Below are positions 7,857 to 17,709 of a stretch of DNA of 40,609 bases, piece by piece. The DNA is taken from positions 1-40,609 of the forward strand of contig JAWBTW010000007.1 in assembly GCA_039000165.1 (NCBI GenBank). The letters are read 5' to 3'. The notes under the pieces are model-generated. The model was not told the DNA's origin, made no database searches, and worked only from the letters and a program-made list of their open reading frames with translations. Source of the DNA: Candidatus Aenigmatarchaeota archaeon (GTDB lineage: Archaea; Aenigmatarchaeota; Aenigmatarchaeia; CG10238-14; SCSR01). Position numbers and translations under genes: made by a program. Positions within the stretch are counted from its first letter, which is position 1. Every line of letters begins with the position of its first letter.

Positions 7857-9632
7857 TTGGAAGAACAGTTTAAGGTTGGAGTAACAACTGGCTTACACGC
7901 GATAGCAGCGGCTCCTGAATTAGCGAATGCTATTAGAAAGTTAGGTTACGCTTTAACGAGAGGAGCAAATGTTATCGAAATTGCAGGCGACGTTCCACAT
8001 GAAATAGATTATTCTATGGGAAAAGAGTTGCGCTACATAGCAGAAAAGCAAAATTTAGAGCTAACTTTTCACGGCAGCTTAACTGTGCCTATGGAAATGG
8101 GTGACGCTGAGCACTGGAGAGAGGCTGATGATCATCTAAGAAAATCAACTATTTCAGCAATTTTTGGCGGTTGTAAATATATAGATTTTCATTCTTGCCT
8201 TTATCCTTGGGTTGAGCTTTTGACTTATGCTGAGGCAAGGATGATTGTTATAATGGTTGATGAATTGGGAGAGCACATTCGTTTTAAGTTAAAAGAATGC
8301 GAACCTTTGAGAAAATGGTTTTGCAGAATTAGTAGACATTCCTTAGAGTATGATGATGCAATACTTGGGCCTCACAAAGTGGCAGAAATTAGAGCAATTA
8401 CAGAAGAAGAAGTTAAAGAAGGGAAGGTTAAGTTAGAGGAGTGGAGTAAAGCATATGAAAAAAGAATTAGAGAGGCTGTTGAAGAGCATTTGGCCAGAGG
8501 AGATAAATGGTTTGTAGAAGAGGTTGGCAATTTAAATGTTGTTTACCGAATTATGTTTCACTATCTTTACTATACTCAAGACCCTATCTGGAAAGAAATG
8601 GCAAAACTTTATGAAGATGTTCTTAAAAAATTGGAAGAGAGACTTCCTCCAGAGATTAAGTCAAGAGCTTTTTCTCCTTCTACAGAAGATTTGGAAAAAG
8701 AGAAAGATTATATTGATGCTATGTTGGAAATAGCGAAAAAAGCTTCCGGGCCTGATGAAAGAAAATTCAAAGAATTTTATTATGCTTGCGTTAGTGCAAA
8801 GTACCTTTGCGGTCATATAAAAAAATTGATTGAATTCATCCTAGATGAACTACCAAAAGAAATAGAGGAAAAGATTAAAGTTCTATCTCCCCATAAAATT
8901 GAAGAGGAAAAAAAGAGTTTTGAAAAAATAATCAAAGAATTTAAGATTGCCATAGAAAATCCTGACGCAAGGGCACCTACCTATGCAGGCTTGTATCCTT
9001 TATGGCATCCTAAGCAAATTTATGTGGCAATAAAAGTTTTAAGAGAGGAATTAGCTAAAAATCCAAAAACAAAAGATTGGTCAGAAAAAATTTTTATGAT
9101 AGTTGATAGCGAACATCTTTCAACTCAAGGTGTTGACCCTCTTTACGAATACTCAGAACTCATTAGACTAGTTCCGGATATTGGCAAGTACATTTTAACT
9201 TTACATGTTACAAAACCTTCACCTCTTCATCATCATATAGAAGTCGAGCCCGGCGATATAGAAGTTTACAAACTTCTTTGGACTTTGAGAAAAGCTGGTC
9301 TCGGAAAGTACCATACCGTTTATCTAATATATGAAAGAGGTGGTGGTGATGATCCTTTTAAAAGAAGTGTTACTGCAATAAGAATTATGGCTGACTTTTT
9401 ACAAAAAGATGTCCCTCCCGAAGAGTTAATTAATAAACCAGAATTCTTTGGTGTAGCAACAGGAGAAATAGCTTCTCCTGAAAGACAAAGAGTTATAATA
9501 AGAGAACACGCTTTTGATCCGATAAAAGGTTTGATAGTAGTTCCGGAAGAAGAGTATACTTTTCTTGGGGGTGCGGCCTTACAAAAACCTGGAATGACAC
9601 CAGAAAAATGGAAAAAAGAAGAATTAAAATAG
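7857..9632 (+). CDS. Xylose isomerase / AP-endonuclease-2-like TIM-barrel protein with large helical insertion
   Basis: LTFHGS, YIDFHS, IAIENPD, MIVDSEH, LTLHV, HHH and LIYERGGG metal-ligand strands. Likely start is TTG 7857 after GGTGA. Confidence 0.65.
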   Translation: MEEQFKVGVTTGLHAIAAAPELANAIRKLGYALTRGANVIEIAGDVPHEIDYSMGKELRYIAEKQNLELTFHGSLTVPMEMGDAEHWREADDHLRKSTISAIFGGCKYIDFHSCLYPWVELLTYAEARMIVIMVDELGEHIRFKLKECEPLRKWFCRISRHSLEYDDAILGPHKVAEIRAITEEEVKEGKVKLEEWSKAYEKRIREAVEEHLARGDKWFVEEVGNLNVVYRIMFHYLYYTQDPIWKEMAKLYEDVLKKLEERLPPEIKSRAFSPSTEDLEKEKDYIDAMLEIAKKASGPDERKFKEFYYACVSAKYLCGHIKKLIEFILDELPKEIEEKIKVLSPHKIEEEKKSFEKIIKEFKIAIENPDARAPTYAGLYPLWHPKQIYVAIKVLREELAKNPKTKDWSEKIFMIVDSEHLSTQGVDPLYEYSELIRLVPDIGKYILTLHVTKPSPLHHHIEVEPGDIEVYKLLWTLRKAGLGKYHTVYLIYERGGGDDPFKRSVTAIRIMADFLQKDVPPEELINKPEFFGVATGEIASPERQRVIIREHAFDPIKGLIVVPEEEYTFLGGAALQKPGMTPEKWKKEELK

Positions 9633-9703
9633 TTGCTTTTCAGTTAGTATATTTAAATACAACAAGGTAATATTTAAGCAGTAGAGCTGTTAAATGTGAT
9701 GAT

Positions 9704-10558
9704 ATGATAGAAAAACTGGAAGATGAGTTAGAAAGAACAGAGCTCGTGAAAAAAGAAGAAAAAGAGGAAATAAAAACCCCAAGAGAAATTTATTCTAAGG
9801 TTGTTACTTTTACAAATGAAGCAAGAAGGCAGTATGGTGATATAGTAAAATCAGTTCTAATTTTTGGTTCAGCTGCAAAAGGCACCATGGTAAAAGGGAG
9901 CGATGCAGACGTTTGGGTAATTCTTGATGATACAGCTACTAAAAGTTCAGAAGATTTGGAAAAAGTGACAACACATCTTTACCTTATTGCCCATCAACTT
10001 AAGGATTTGCACGTTCAAACAACCCCTTTAACAGAATTCTGGAACTGGGTTAAGATGGGCTCTCCTGAACTTGTAAACTTTTTGAGGTATGGTTTGGTTA
10101 TTTACGACACTGGCTTTATCAAACCCGTGCAAAGAATGCTTCAAATGGGTCTAATACCTCCTAGCGAGGAAACGGTTAGTTTAAAAGCTAAAGCAAGTGA
10201 GGCAAGGTTTAGGAAAATCAAACTTGACATAAAATCTATGATTTTTGAGTTGAGGTACTCAGCTACAGACATATGCCAAGCTGTCATCATGTACTACTAT
10301 AAAGCCCAACCTGATCAGAAGGCTATTCCAGAATACCTAGAAAAGCTCGTTGCAGAAAATAAGCTCGAGAAAGAATACATAGAAAAGTTTAAAGAACTAG
10401 ACAAGCTTTGGAAGGACATAGACCATAAAGTTATAAGAGAGGTAACTACAGAGCATTTGGAAAAGGCTTTAAAACTTACAAAAGAAATAATCGAAAGATT
10501 CAAAAGCTTACTACCAAAAGAAATAGTTGGCGAGGAATTGCCAGAGGAGGAGGAATGA
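9704..10558 (+). CDS. Pol-beta-type nucleotidyltransferase fused to HEPN-like domain (HEPN motif degenerate)
   Basis: IFGSAAKG...SDADVWVILDD (GS + DxD). C-terminal helical domain has WKDIDH. Confidence 0.8.
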   Translation: MIEKLEDELERTELVKKEEKEEIKTPREIYSKVVTFTNEARRQYGDIVKSVLIFGSAAKGTMVKGSDADVWVILDDTATKSSEDLEKVTTHLYLIAHQLKDLHVQTTPLTEFWNWVKMGSPELVNFLRYGLVIYDTGFIKPVQRMLQMGLIPPSEETVSLKAKASEARFRKIKLDIKSMIFELRYSATDICQAVIMYYYKAQPDQKAIPEYLEKLVAENKLEKEYIEKFKELDKLWKDIDHKVIREVTTEHLEKALKLTKEIIERFKSLLPKEIVGEELPEEEE

Positions 10559-11679
10559 TGCCAAAAGAAAAGAAGGAGAAAGAAAAAGAGACAAAAGAAG
10601 AAAGGCTAAAGGAAGTTAAAGAATTTGCTGAAAAAGTCTTGGAAAAATACGGGAAATACATAAAATGTATAGTTATGATGGGAAGTGTTGCAAGAGAAGA
10701 GTTTAAGCCAAAAAGCGATATTGATGTTTTTGTTGTTTTGGATGATACTTCTTTTCAAATAACTCCTGAAGAACAAGAAAAAATAGACGAAGATTTAGAA
10801 AAAATTGCGGAAAAAATTTCTGAAAGAATTTCTGTTCAACCAAGCTATACCTTAACTGAATTTTGGGATTATGCAAGAGTTTGTCATCCTATAATTTACA
10901 ATTTCATAAAAGAAGGAATTCCCATATATGATACAGGTTTTTTTGCTCCAATAAAAAAGCTTTTAGAAATGGGAAGAATACCTGCAACAAGAGAGGCTAT
11001 AGAAAGTTACATGGAAGGTGCTCCAAAAAAAATAATGCGTGCAAAAACTGTTAAGCTACTAATGCTTGCCGAAGATTGTTATTATGCTATGCTTAACACT
11101 GCCCAAGCAGTTTTGATGTTTATGGGACTGGCTCCTCCTGTTCCCAGTAAAGCTTATGATGAAGTAAGAAAATTTTTAGTCGAGCCAGGAATTTTAGAGC
11201 CAGAGTATGCTGAATGGTTAAAAGAAATTATTGAAATAAGGAAGAAGATTGAGCATAAAGAGCTCACAGATGTAAGCGGAGCTTTTGTCGATGAATGGAT
11301 AAATAAAGCAGAAAAGTTTGTTGAAAAAATGTTCGGCTTACTTAACGCTTTAGAGCTGAGGAAAAAAGAAAAAATCTTGGAAAGAACCTATGAAGTTATG
11401 CATAAAGCAGCTATAACTGCCTTAAAAACTTTGAAAAAAATGCCTGAAAAGGAAGAAGAGGTTCCACTAACTTTCAAGAAGGAGTTTATAGATTCAAAAC
11501 TTATAGAAAACTATTACTGGGATATCTGGCAAAGGATTGAAAACATGAAAAAACTTGCTGATGAGAAAAAAATAACAGAAATTCCTGACAAGGAAGTTTA
11601 CGAGATGAGAGAATACGTAAGAAAGCTAATTCGTGACTTGGCAAAAGTTTTGAAAGAAAAAGAAGTTAAGGAAGAATAG
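10555..11679 (+). CDS. Pol-beta-type nucleotidyltransferase fused to HEPN domain plus C-terminal helical repeat
   Basis: MMGSVAR...SDIDVFVVLDD, then CYYAMLNTAQAVL and RKKIEH (Rx4H). Confidence 0.8.
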   Translation: MMPKEKKEKEKETKEERLKEVKEFAEKVLEKYGKYIKCIVMMGSVAREEFKPKSDIDVFVVLDDTSFQITPEEQEKIDEDLEKIAEKISERISVQPSYTLTEFWDYARVCHPIIYNFIKEGIPIYDTGFFAPIKKLLEMGRIPATREAIESYMEGAPKKIMRAKTVKLLMLAEDCYYAMLNTAQAVLMFMGLAPPVPSKAYDEVRKFLVEPGILEPEYAEWLKEIIEIRKKIEHKELTDVSGAFVDEWINKAEKFVEKMFGLLNALELRKKEKILERTYEVMHKAAITALKTLKKMPEKEEEVPLTFKKEFIDSKLIENYYWDIWQRIENMKKLADEKKITEIPDKEVYEMREYVRKLIRDLAKVLKEKEVKEE

Positions 11680-11701
11680 TTTAAGTAATTTTTTATCGAA
11701 T

Positions 11702-13273
11702 CTAACTAATTATTTTAGTAATAGTGCCTATTCCTTTTGTTTTCCCTTCTCTAAAAACAAAGTTTCCTCCTTCTTCAAGAAAATGAGGAGAATACTTGAA
11801 AGTAAACTTAACTTTTCCTGAATCACCTGACTTTAAGTATTCCTTATCCAAGCATTCTATTCTTGCAACTTCTGCTACAGTATAATAATGGACAACAGGC
11901 TCATAACCTGAAGCTATGCGAGTAGGATGATTCAAAACTAAAATTTCTGCTTCAAAACTTCTTACAGCTCTCGGTTCTATTTTCTTATCGCAAAGTATCA
12001 TCCCTCTTTTTACTTCTCCATGTTTTACCCCATGGATAGCAATTCCAACAACTAAGCCTGCGTTAGCTTCTTCTAAAGGACAATAATGCATTTCTATACT
12101 TTTTGCTTTAACTTTCTTGAAGTTACCAGAGCCATCAGGACCGAGCAACAATTCAGAGCCAGCTTTAAGCTTTCCTTGTTTTATGCTCCCAGAAACAACG
12201 GTTCCAACTCCGCTTACGTTATAAATTCTATCTATAAACATGAGAAAAGGTTTTTCTATTTCTTTCTGTCTTTCAGGTAAATAGTATAATAGTTTATTAA
12301 GTAGATCGAATCCTTCAAGGGTTTTTGAGGATACTTTAAGAATCGGAACTATGGTTTCAAGTTTGTCAACTACAACTTCAATATCCTTTTCTTCTTTAAT
12401 TGAAAAAGGGACCCTTCCCACGTATTTAAGCGTTTCTTCTAGTTGATTCTCAACTTCTTTTATCCTTTTTTCCCCTACCTTGTCAACTTTTGTCAAACAA
12501 ATTATTATAGGTAGATTCATTCCTAGCATTATCCCTAAGTGTTCTTTGGTTATGTGAGTTATGCCATCGTCTGCAGCCACAACAAGTATTCCATAATCTA
12601 AATTCTGTCCGACTAATCCACGGATAGTAGTTCTAAGCCATGGCTCATGCCCTACTGTATCGACAAAACTAATTATCTTTTCAGCTTTCTCTACTATTCT
12701 TGCTCTTTCTTTTTTATCCAAAGGGTTGTTTAAATTTAAAGGCTTGCCTTTTTCAAACCCATACAAGGCATAGTGTAAGTCTGCTGATAAACCTCTTTCA
12801 ATTTCATGGGGTAAAACATTCAAGTAAAGCCATGCTTTCCCGTTTTTATCCGCTTTACCCGTCATTAAGGTAGCTATCAAAGTTGATTTTCCATGTGCAA
12901 CATGCCCACAAACTCCTACAGTTATGTGTTGTTTTCCTTTACTTTCATATTTTTTCGCTATAAGAACTCTTCCGATAATTTTCCCATTTTCTGTAAATTT
13001 TTCAACTTTCTCGATTTCAGCATTGATTTCTCTAGCTATTATTTTCAAAACATTCAAGCTCTCTTCAAATTCTATCTCGCTTAAGCCTTTTGCGTTTCCT
13101 TTATCATCAACTCCAAGAATGTAAACTGCTTTTCCATCTCCTACTTCAAGTCTAAACTTCATCTGCGAAGCTAAATGTTGTTTTTTATCCTCTCTCAAGT
13201 GTACTGAAGAAACTAACTTCTCCTTAAATTCTATGTTCTTATTTTCCTTTTTTGGGAGTGATACTTTTTCCAT
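11702..13273 (-). CDS. Archaeal GTPBP1-like translational GTPase (aGPBP)
   Basis: N-terminal ENKNIEFKEKL...GDGKAVYILGVDDKG domain; GHVAHGKST, DTVGHE and TKVD G-motifs; EF-Tu-like domains II/III ending FREGKTKGIG. Confidence 0.85.
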   Translation of the reverse strand: MEKVSLPKKENKNIEFKEKLVSSVHLREDKKQHLASQMKFRLEVGDGKAVYILGVDDKGNAKGLSEIEFEESLNVLKIIAREINAEIEKVEKFTENGKIIGRVLIAKKYESKGKQHITVGVCGHVAHGKSTLIATLMTGKADKNGKAWLYLNVLPHEIERGLSADLHYALYGFEKGKPLNLNNPLDKKERARIVEKAEKIISFVDTVGHEPWLRTTIRGLVGQNLDYGILVVAADDGITHITKEHLGIMLGMNLPIIICLTKVDKVGEKRIKEVENQLEETLKYVGRVPFSIKEEKDIEVVVDKLETIVPILKVSSKTLEGFDLLNKLLYYLPERQKEIEKPFLMFIDRIYNVSGVGTVVSGSIKQGKLKAGSELLLGPDGSGNFKKVKAKSIEMHYCPLEEANAGLVVGIAIHGVKHGEVKRGMILCDKKIEPRAVRSFEAEILVLNHPTRIASGYEPVVHYYTVAEVARIECLDKEYLKSGDSGKVKFTFKYSPHFLEEGGNFVFREGKTKGIGTITKIIS

Positions 13274-13341
13274 AATCAACACTTTCTTAAAATGTTTTAA
13301 TGTTTATTCTTTTAACCATTGATATATAAAAATTAAAAGGA

Positions 13342-14424
13342 TTACTCTAGATATTCAGCTTCCTCTTCCTTAGGCTTTTCCAAGACTTTCATTTTTTTCA
13401 TTTTTCTCCTCATGTAAAGTTTGTAGGAAACGAAAGTAAGCATTACAATCAAACCACTAATGATCCACAATAGAATTATCATGGTTAAAAGCTCAGGGTG
13501 CCAAGAAGGAGGTTCATTTGCTATTAAATTAATTTCAGTAACATGGAAAGCCTCATTTGAAGTTATATTAATTTTAATCTCATAATTTCCTACTTTCTTT
13601 GGGGTAAGGGTTACAATAAAACTCTTTGTTTCGCCAGGAGAAATTCTTGAATAAGAGGTGGGGAAAACTTGATATTCTACTTCAGAAGAGATGTTAAATA
13701 CGTTTATTTTTACGTTTGTCACACTTTTATCTCCTATGTTTTTAATCTCAACGCTTGCGTTAATAGGAGTGTTCACAAAAGTCTCTAAGTATTTAGAAAT
13801 GGTTAAATTCCAGTTTAATTTACACTCATCCTTGCAAACTCCTTCGCACCATTGGCAACCAACGTTACTACAACTCTCGTAATCAGTTAGTTGTGAGCAG
13901 CTTCCTGCAAAAGTTTCATGACAAGCGTTATTATACCATTTACAACCTGCGTTTAAACATTTTGAAGAATTGGTAAATTGTGTGCATCCACCCGGACAAA
14001 CATGCATGCATTGGTCCTTACAATCTTTGTAGATATTGCTAAGAGGAACTACATAGCAATTTGAATAACCTAAACCTGCGCAATTGCAACATTGGCCGTA
14101 TGTTTGAACACAACAAATTATATCTCTAGTCGGGTCACAAGGTGCTGGGCCTCCACCGGGCGGCGAAGGCTGTGACGGGGTTACACAAACATTATCTTGA
14201 CAAATCTGTCCTGCTTGGCAACCACAAGAATTTCCACAGCATCCTGGTGAACCTGGACAAGGACAATCTTGCAAACAATTAGAACAAGTTTCCCCAGGGT
14301 CGCAAGTTCCGTTAATTACGCAAACTTCTTCATACTCTATAGTGATTTCAACTATCGCAGAAAGAGCAAGAGGAATTAATAAAAATATGGAAATCAAAAC
14401 GAAAAAGAACATTCTAAGGTCCAT
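13342..14424 (-). CDS. Secreted Cys-rich surface protein with CARDB/Ig-like domain and C-terminal TM anchor
   Basis: Signal peptide, many Cys with internal repeats, SVEIKNIGDK...ISPGETKSF Ig-like domain, then a hydrophobic helix followed by a basic tail. Confidence 0.75.
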   Translation of the reverse strand: MDLRMFFFVLISIFLLIPLALSAIVEITIEYEEVCVINGTCDPGETCSNCLQDCPCPGSPGCCGNSCGCQAGQICQDNVCVTPSQPSPPGGGPAPCDPTRDIICCVQTYGQCCNCAGLGYSNCYVVPLSNIYKDCKDQCMHVCPGGCTQFTNSSKCLNAGCKWYNNACHETFAGSCSQLTDYESCSNVGCQWCEGVCKDECKLNWNLTISKYLETFVNTPINASVEIKNIGDKSVTNVKINVFNISSEVEYQVFPTSYSRISPGETKSFIVTLTPKKVGNYEIKINITSNEAFHVTEINLIANEPPSWHPELLTMIILLWIISGLIVMLTFVSYKLYMRRKMKKMKVLEKPKEEEAEYLE

Positions 14425-14497
14425 TCTCTCTTATTTAAAATTATTTTGTCTGTTTAAAAAGTTAATCTTTAAATTTTAAGTAAACAATTTGAGTATT

Positions 14498-15454
14498 ATG
14501 GAAATATCGGTATGGGCTGAAAAGTATAGACCAAAAAAGTTGAGCGAAGTAATTAACCAAAAACATATTGTGGAAAGAATAAAGACTTTTGTAGAAGAGA
14601 AAAACATTCCTCATATGCTTTTTGCAGGACCCCCAGGCACAGGAAAAACTACAGTAGCTCTTTGTATAGCTTACGAGCTTTACGGTAAGAACTGGCGTCA
14701 AAATACTTTGGAAAAAAATGCAAGCGATGAAAGAGGAATAGATGTGATAAGGGGAGAAATAAAAGATTTCGCGAGGATTAAACCGATTGGTGAAATTCCT
14801 TATAAACTTATAATTCTTGATGAGGCAGACGCTTTAACTCCTGACGCACAAAATGCTTTGAGAAGAACAATGGAAAGTTATACTGCTGTGACTCGTTTCA
14901 TATTGATATGTAATTATTCCAGCAAGATTATCGAACCTATTCAGAGCAGGACAGCAGTTTTTAGGTTCAAATTGTTGAGCGATTCTGACATAAGAAAATT
15001 TATTCAAAGAATAGTAACAGGAGAAAAATTAAAAATAACCGAAGATGCGATTCAAGCTTTGGTAGAAATTTCAGAAGGTGATTTAAGAAAAGTTGCAAAC
15101 CTTTTACAGGCTGCTTCTTCTATAGACAAAAAAATTACTGCAGAAAGCGTTTATGATGTTGCTTCCAGAGCTAAGCCTACAGATGTTAAGGATATGCTTG
15201 AGTTAACTCTAAAAGGAAAGTTTGAAGATGCCAGAAAAAAATTACAAGATCTTCTTCTGAGACAAGGATTAAGCGGGAGTGATATAATTTCAGAGATCCA
15301 CAGACAAATATATTCTCTAAACATTTCTGAGGATTTAAAAATAAAGTTGATTGAAAAGTGTGGAGAATATGAATTTAGGTTGAGTATGGGTGGTAATGAG
15401 CTAATTCAGCTGGAAAGTCTCTTGGCTCAATTTCTTCTGGCTAGCAAGCAATAA
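14498..15454 (+). CDS. rfcS: Replication factor C small subunit
   Basis: WAEKYRP, GPPGTGKT, NASDERGID, LDEAD, IIEPIQSR. Confidence 0.97.
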   Translation: MEISVWAEKYRPKKLSEVINQKHIVERIKTFVEEKNIPHMLFAGPPGTGKTTVALCIAYELYGKNWRQNTLEKNASDERGIDVIRGEIKDFARIKPIGEIPYKLIILDEADALTPDAQNALRRTMESYTAVTRFILICNYSSKIIEPIQSRTAVFRFKLLSDSDIRKFIQRIVTGEKLKITEDAIQALVEISEGDLRKVANLLQAASSIDKKITAESVYDVASRAKPTDVKDMLELTLKGKFEDARKKLQDLLLRQGLSGSDIISEIHRQIYSLNISEDLKIKLIEKCGEYEFRLSMGGNELIQLESLLAQFLLASKQ

Positions 15455-15463
15455 GGGTTAAGA

Positions 15464-16621
15464 ATGTGGAGCGAAAAGTATAGGCCAAAATCGTTAAAAG
15501 AATTTGTGAATCAAAGGGAAGCCCTAGAAAAATTTTTAACTTGGATTAAAAATTGGAAACCTGGAAGCAAAGCTATGCTTTTTTATGGCCCTCCTGGAAC
15601 AGGAAAAACTGCATTAATTCAGGCTTATGCTCAAGAAAAAAACCTGGAATTTGTGGAGATGAATGCAAGCGATTTCCGAAGCAAAACTCAAATAGAGGAA
15701 GTTTTCGGAAGAAGTATGTTACAAAAACCTTTGTTTAAAAAATCAAAAATCTTTTTGATAGACGAGATAGATGGTATTACAGGAAGAGAAGATTTAGGTG
15801 GAATAAATGCAGTTATAAAAATAATAAAAGAGTCGAACTATCCTTGTGTTCTAACCGCTAACGACCCTTACGACCCAAAACTTAAAAGTTTAAGAGAAGA
15901 GTGCATTCTTGTTGAATTTAAAAAAATTCATGTTTTTGACATAGAAAAAAGGTTAGAAGAAATATGTAAGAAAGAAGGAATAAGCGTAGAAAAAGAAGTT
16001 TTAAGAAATTTAGCAAAAAGAGCAGAAGGTGATTTAAGAGCTGCTATTAACGATTTAGAAGTTGTTGCAGCAGGAAAGAAGAAAATCACTCTTGAAGATT
16101 TGGAAGTTTTAGGTTACAGGGAAAGAGAAGAAACGATTTTTGATGCGTTAAAGGTAATTTTTAAAACTCAGTCTGGAATTTCAGCAAAATTAGCGATAGC
16201 CAACGTTGACAAAGATCCTGAGGAAATTTTCTGGTGGATTGAAAACAACATAATAAAAGAATATGAAAAACCAGAGGAAATAGCTAAGGCTTTAGATGCT
16301 TTGAGTAAGGCAGATTTGTTTAGGCAAAGAATAACTCTTGCTCAAAACTGGAAGTTTAGAAGTTATATGGTAGATTTGATGACAGCTGGTGTAGCTCTAG
16401 CTAAAAAAGAAATGTATAGAAAATTCACAAAGTACGAGTATCCGCAAAAACTAGTAATTCTTGGAGGAACAAAAACGTTAAGAAAAGAAGAAAAAGAAAT
16501 GCTGTCCAAACTTTCTAAAGTTTTGCATTGTTCAACAAAAAAGATTAGGTTAGAGTACTTGCCTTACTTCAAAATAATTTTTGGTAAGGATATGGAAAAA
16601 CTTCTGGCTTCTATTTCCTAA
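15464..16621 (+). CDS. rfcL: Replication factor C large subunit
   Basis: WSEKYRP, GPPGTGKT, EMNASDFR, IDEIDG, GDLRAAINDL. Directly downstream of rfcS. Confidence 0.95.
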   Translation: MWSEKYRPKSLKEFVNQREALEKFLTWIKNWKPGSKAMLFYGPPGTGKTALIQAYAQEKNLEFVEMNASDFRSKTQIEEVFGRSMLQKPLFKKSKIFLIDEIDGITGREDLGGINAVIKIIKESNYPCVLTANDPYDPKLKSLREECILVEFKKIHVFDIEKRLEEICKKEGISVEKEVLRNLAKRAEGDLRAAINDLEVVAAGKKKITLEDLEVLGYREREETIFDALKVIFKTQSGISAKLAIANVDKDPEEIFWWIENNIIKEYEKPEEIAKALDALSKADLFRQRITLAQNWKFRSYMVDLMTAGVALAKKEMYRKFTKYEYPQKLVILGGTKTLRKEEKEMLSKLSKVLHCSTKKIRLEYLPYFKIIFGKDMEKLLASIS

Positions 16622-17003
16622 ACTCAAACTCTTTCCCCATCCTTACGTTTGTGCTTAAGAGTTGAATGTTAAATCTAGTTCTCAAAACGCTATCCTCACA
16701 AGGTGAAAGAATGGTGTAATTTATTTCCACTTTTATGTTCTTCTTTGCATAGAAACTTTCAACAAAATTTTTGTATTCGTCAAGATTGTAAGCAAGATCT
16801 TCACAATTTTCACTTTTTCTAACAGTTTCTTGAGCTTTTTCAACTATATTGTCAAAAATGAAAGGCTCGTCCAAGACCACAGAAGAAGTATCAACCAAAC
16901 TTTGGGGCCCCATATACTTACTTAAGATAAAAATTATGCTTACTATTGCAACAGTAGAAACCACAAAAAATTCAGCTTTCCTAGATTTTAACAAATTGCG
17001 CAT
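16611..17003 (-). CDS. Membrane-anchored protein with class III (pilin-like) signal peptide
   Basis: SRKAEFFVVSTVAIVSIIFIL: basic-Ala cleavage-like site followed by a hydrophobic helix. Confidence 0.5.
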   Translation of the reverse strand: MRNLLKSRKAEFFVVSTVAIVSIIFILSKYMGPQSLVDTSSVVLDEPFIFDNIVEKAQETVRKSENCEDLAYNLDEYKNFVESFYAKKNIKVEINYTILSPCEDSVLRTRFNIQLLSTNVRMGKEFEFRK

Positions 17004-17271
17004 GCGAGACTCCATTAATTAAGATAACGTTTTCCTTTGTTATAAAACCATTTTTTTCAGCAAGTTCAACTATCCTTTTTCCCATTAAATTTCCTATGGT
17101 TGCTTTTCTCATGAGCTTAATAGCAGTTTCTTCGTCGATAAGCTCTCCACCATAAAAGTTTTTACTTACCTTAATCTTTAGCTTCTTGTCTATTTCCTTC
17201 TCTATAAGCTCCTCGTCGCAAATGGCCACAACTATATCGTACTTTGTTTCAAAAACTTTGCTCCAAAACAT
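16981..17271 (-). CDS. DUF424 family protein
   Basis: VVAICDEELI...FYGG...ATIGNLMG...INGVSHAQ. Confidence 0.9.
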   Translation of the reverse strand: MFWSKVFETKYDIVVAICDEELIEKEIDKKLKIKVSKNFYGGELIDEETAIKLMRKATIGNLMGKRIVELAEKNGFITKENVILINGVSHAQFVKI

Positions 17272-17304
17272 CTTCCCATCTATTTTGAATTGGATAAAAA
17301 AATT

Positions 17305-17709
17305 TTATATGTTTTCGGCTGCCGATCTTGCCCCACATGCTTCGCATTTCATTATTGTTATTCTACCTTCTCTAACAAGTTTCGTGTCAGGATTTTTACA
17401 CTCTTTGCAAATCACAAATCTTTTGACATAATCTTCTATTTTTTTCTGGATAATTTCCTTCGAAATTCTTCCTTGAAAAACTAGAGTATTGCCCTCAACA
17501 CTCCCTGAAGTTGCCAATTCTTTGAGCAAAAATTTTGAAAGATGCTTAGCATCCCTTCTTAAAATCGTTAAAATTTCACCAAAATTTCTAAGAATAGTTT
17601 TGTTTCCTACCATTTCGCAAGCAGCTTGAGGGATTTCAAACCTTTGCTTTGTTTTTATTTCACTTGGCAGTTCTTTTATTGCCTTTTCAAGCATTTCTTC
17701 ATAGTTCAT
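17305..17709 (-). CDS. eif2b: Translation initiation factor 2 subunit beta
   Basis: YEEML...RFEIP...KTILRNF...KELAT...CKECKNPDT...CEACGA. Confidence 0.97.
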   Translation of the reverse strand: MNYEEMLEKAIKELPSEIKTKQRFEIPQAACEMVGNKTILRNFGEILTILRRDAKHLSKFLLKELATSGSVEGNTLVFQGRISKEIIQKKIEDYVKRFVICKECKNPDTKLVREGRITIMKCEACGARSAAENI

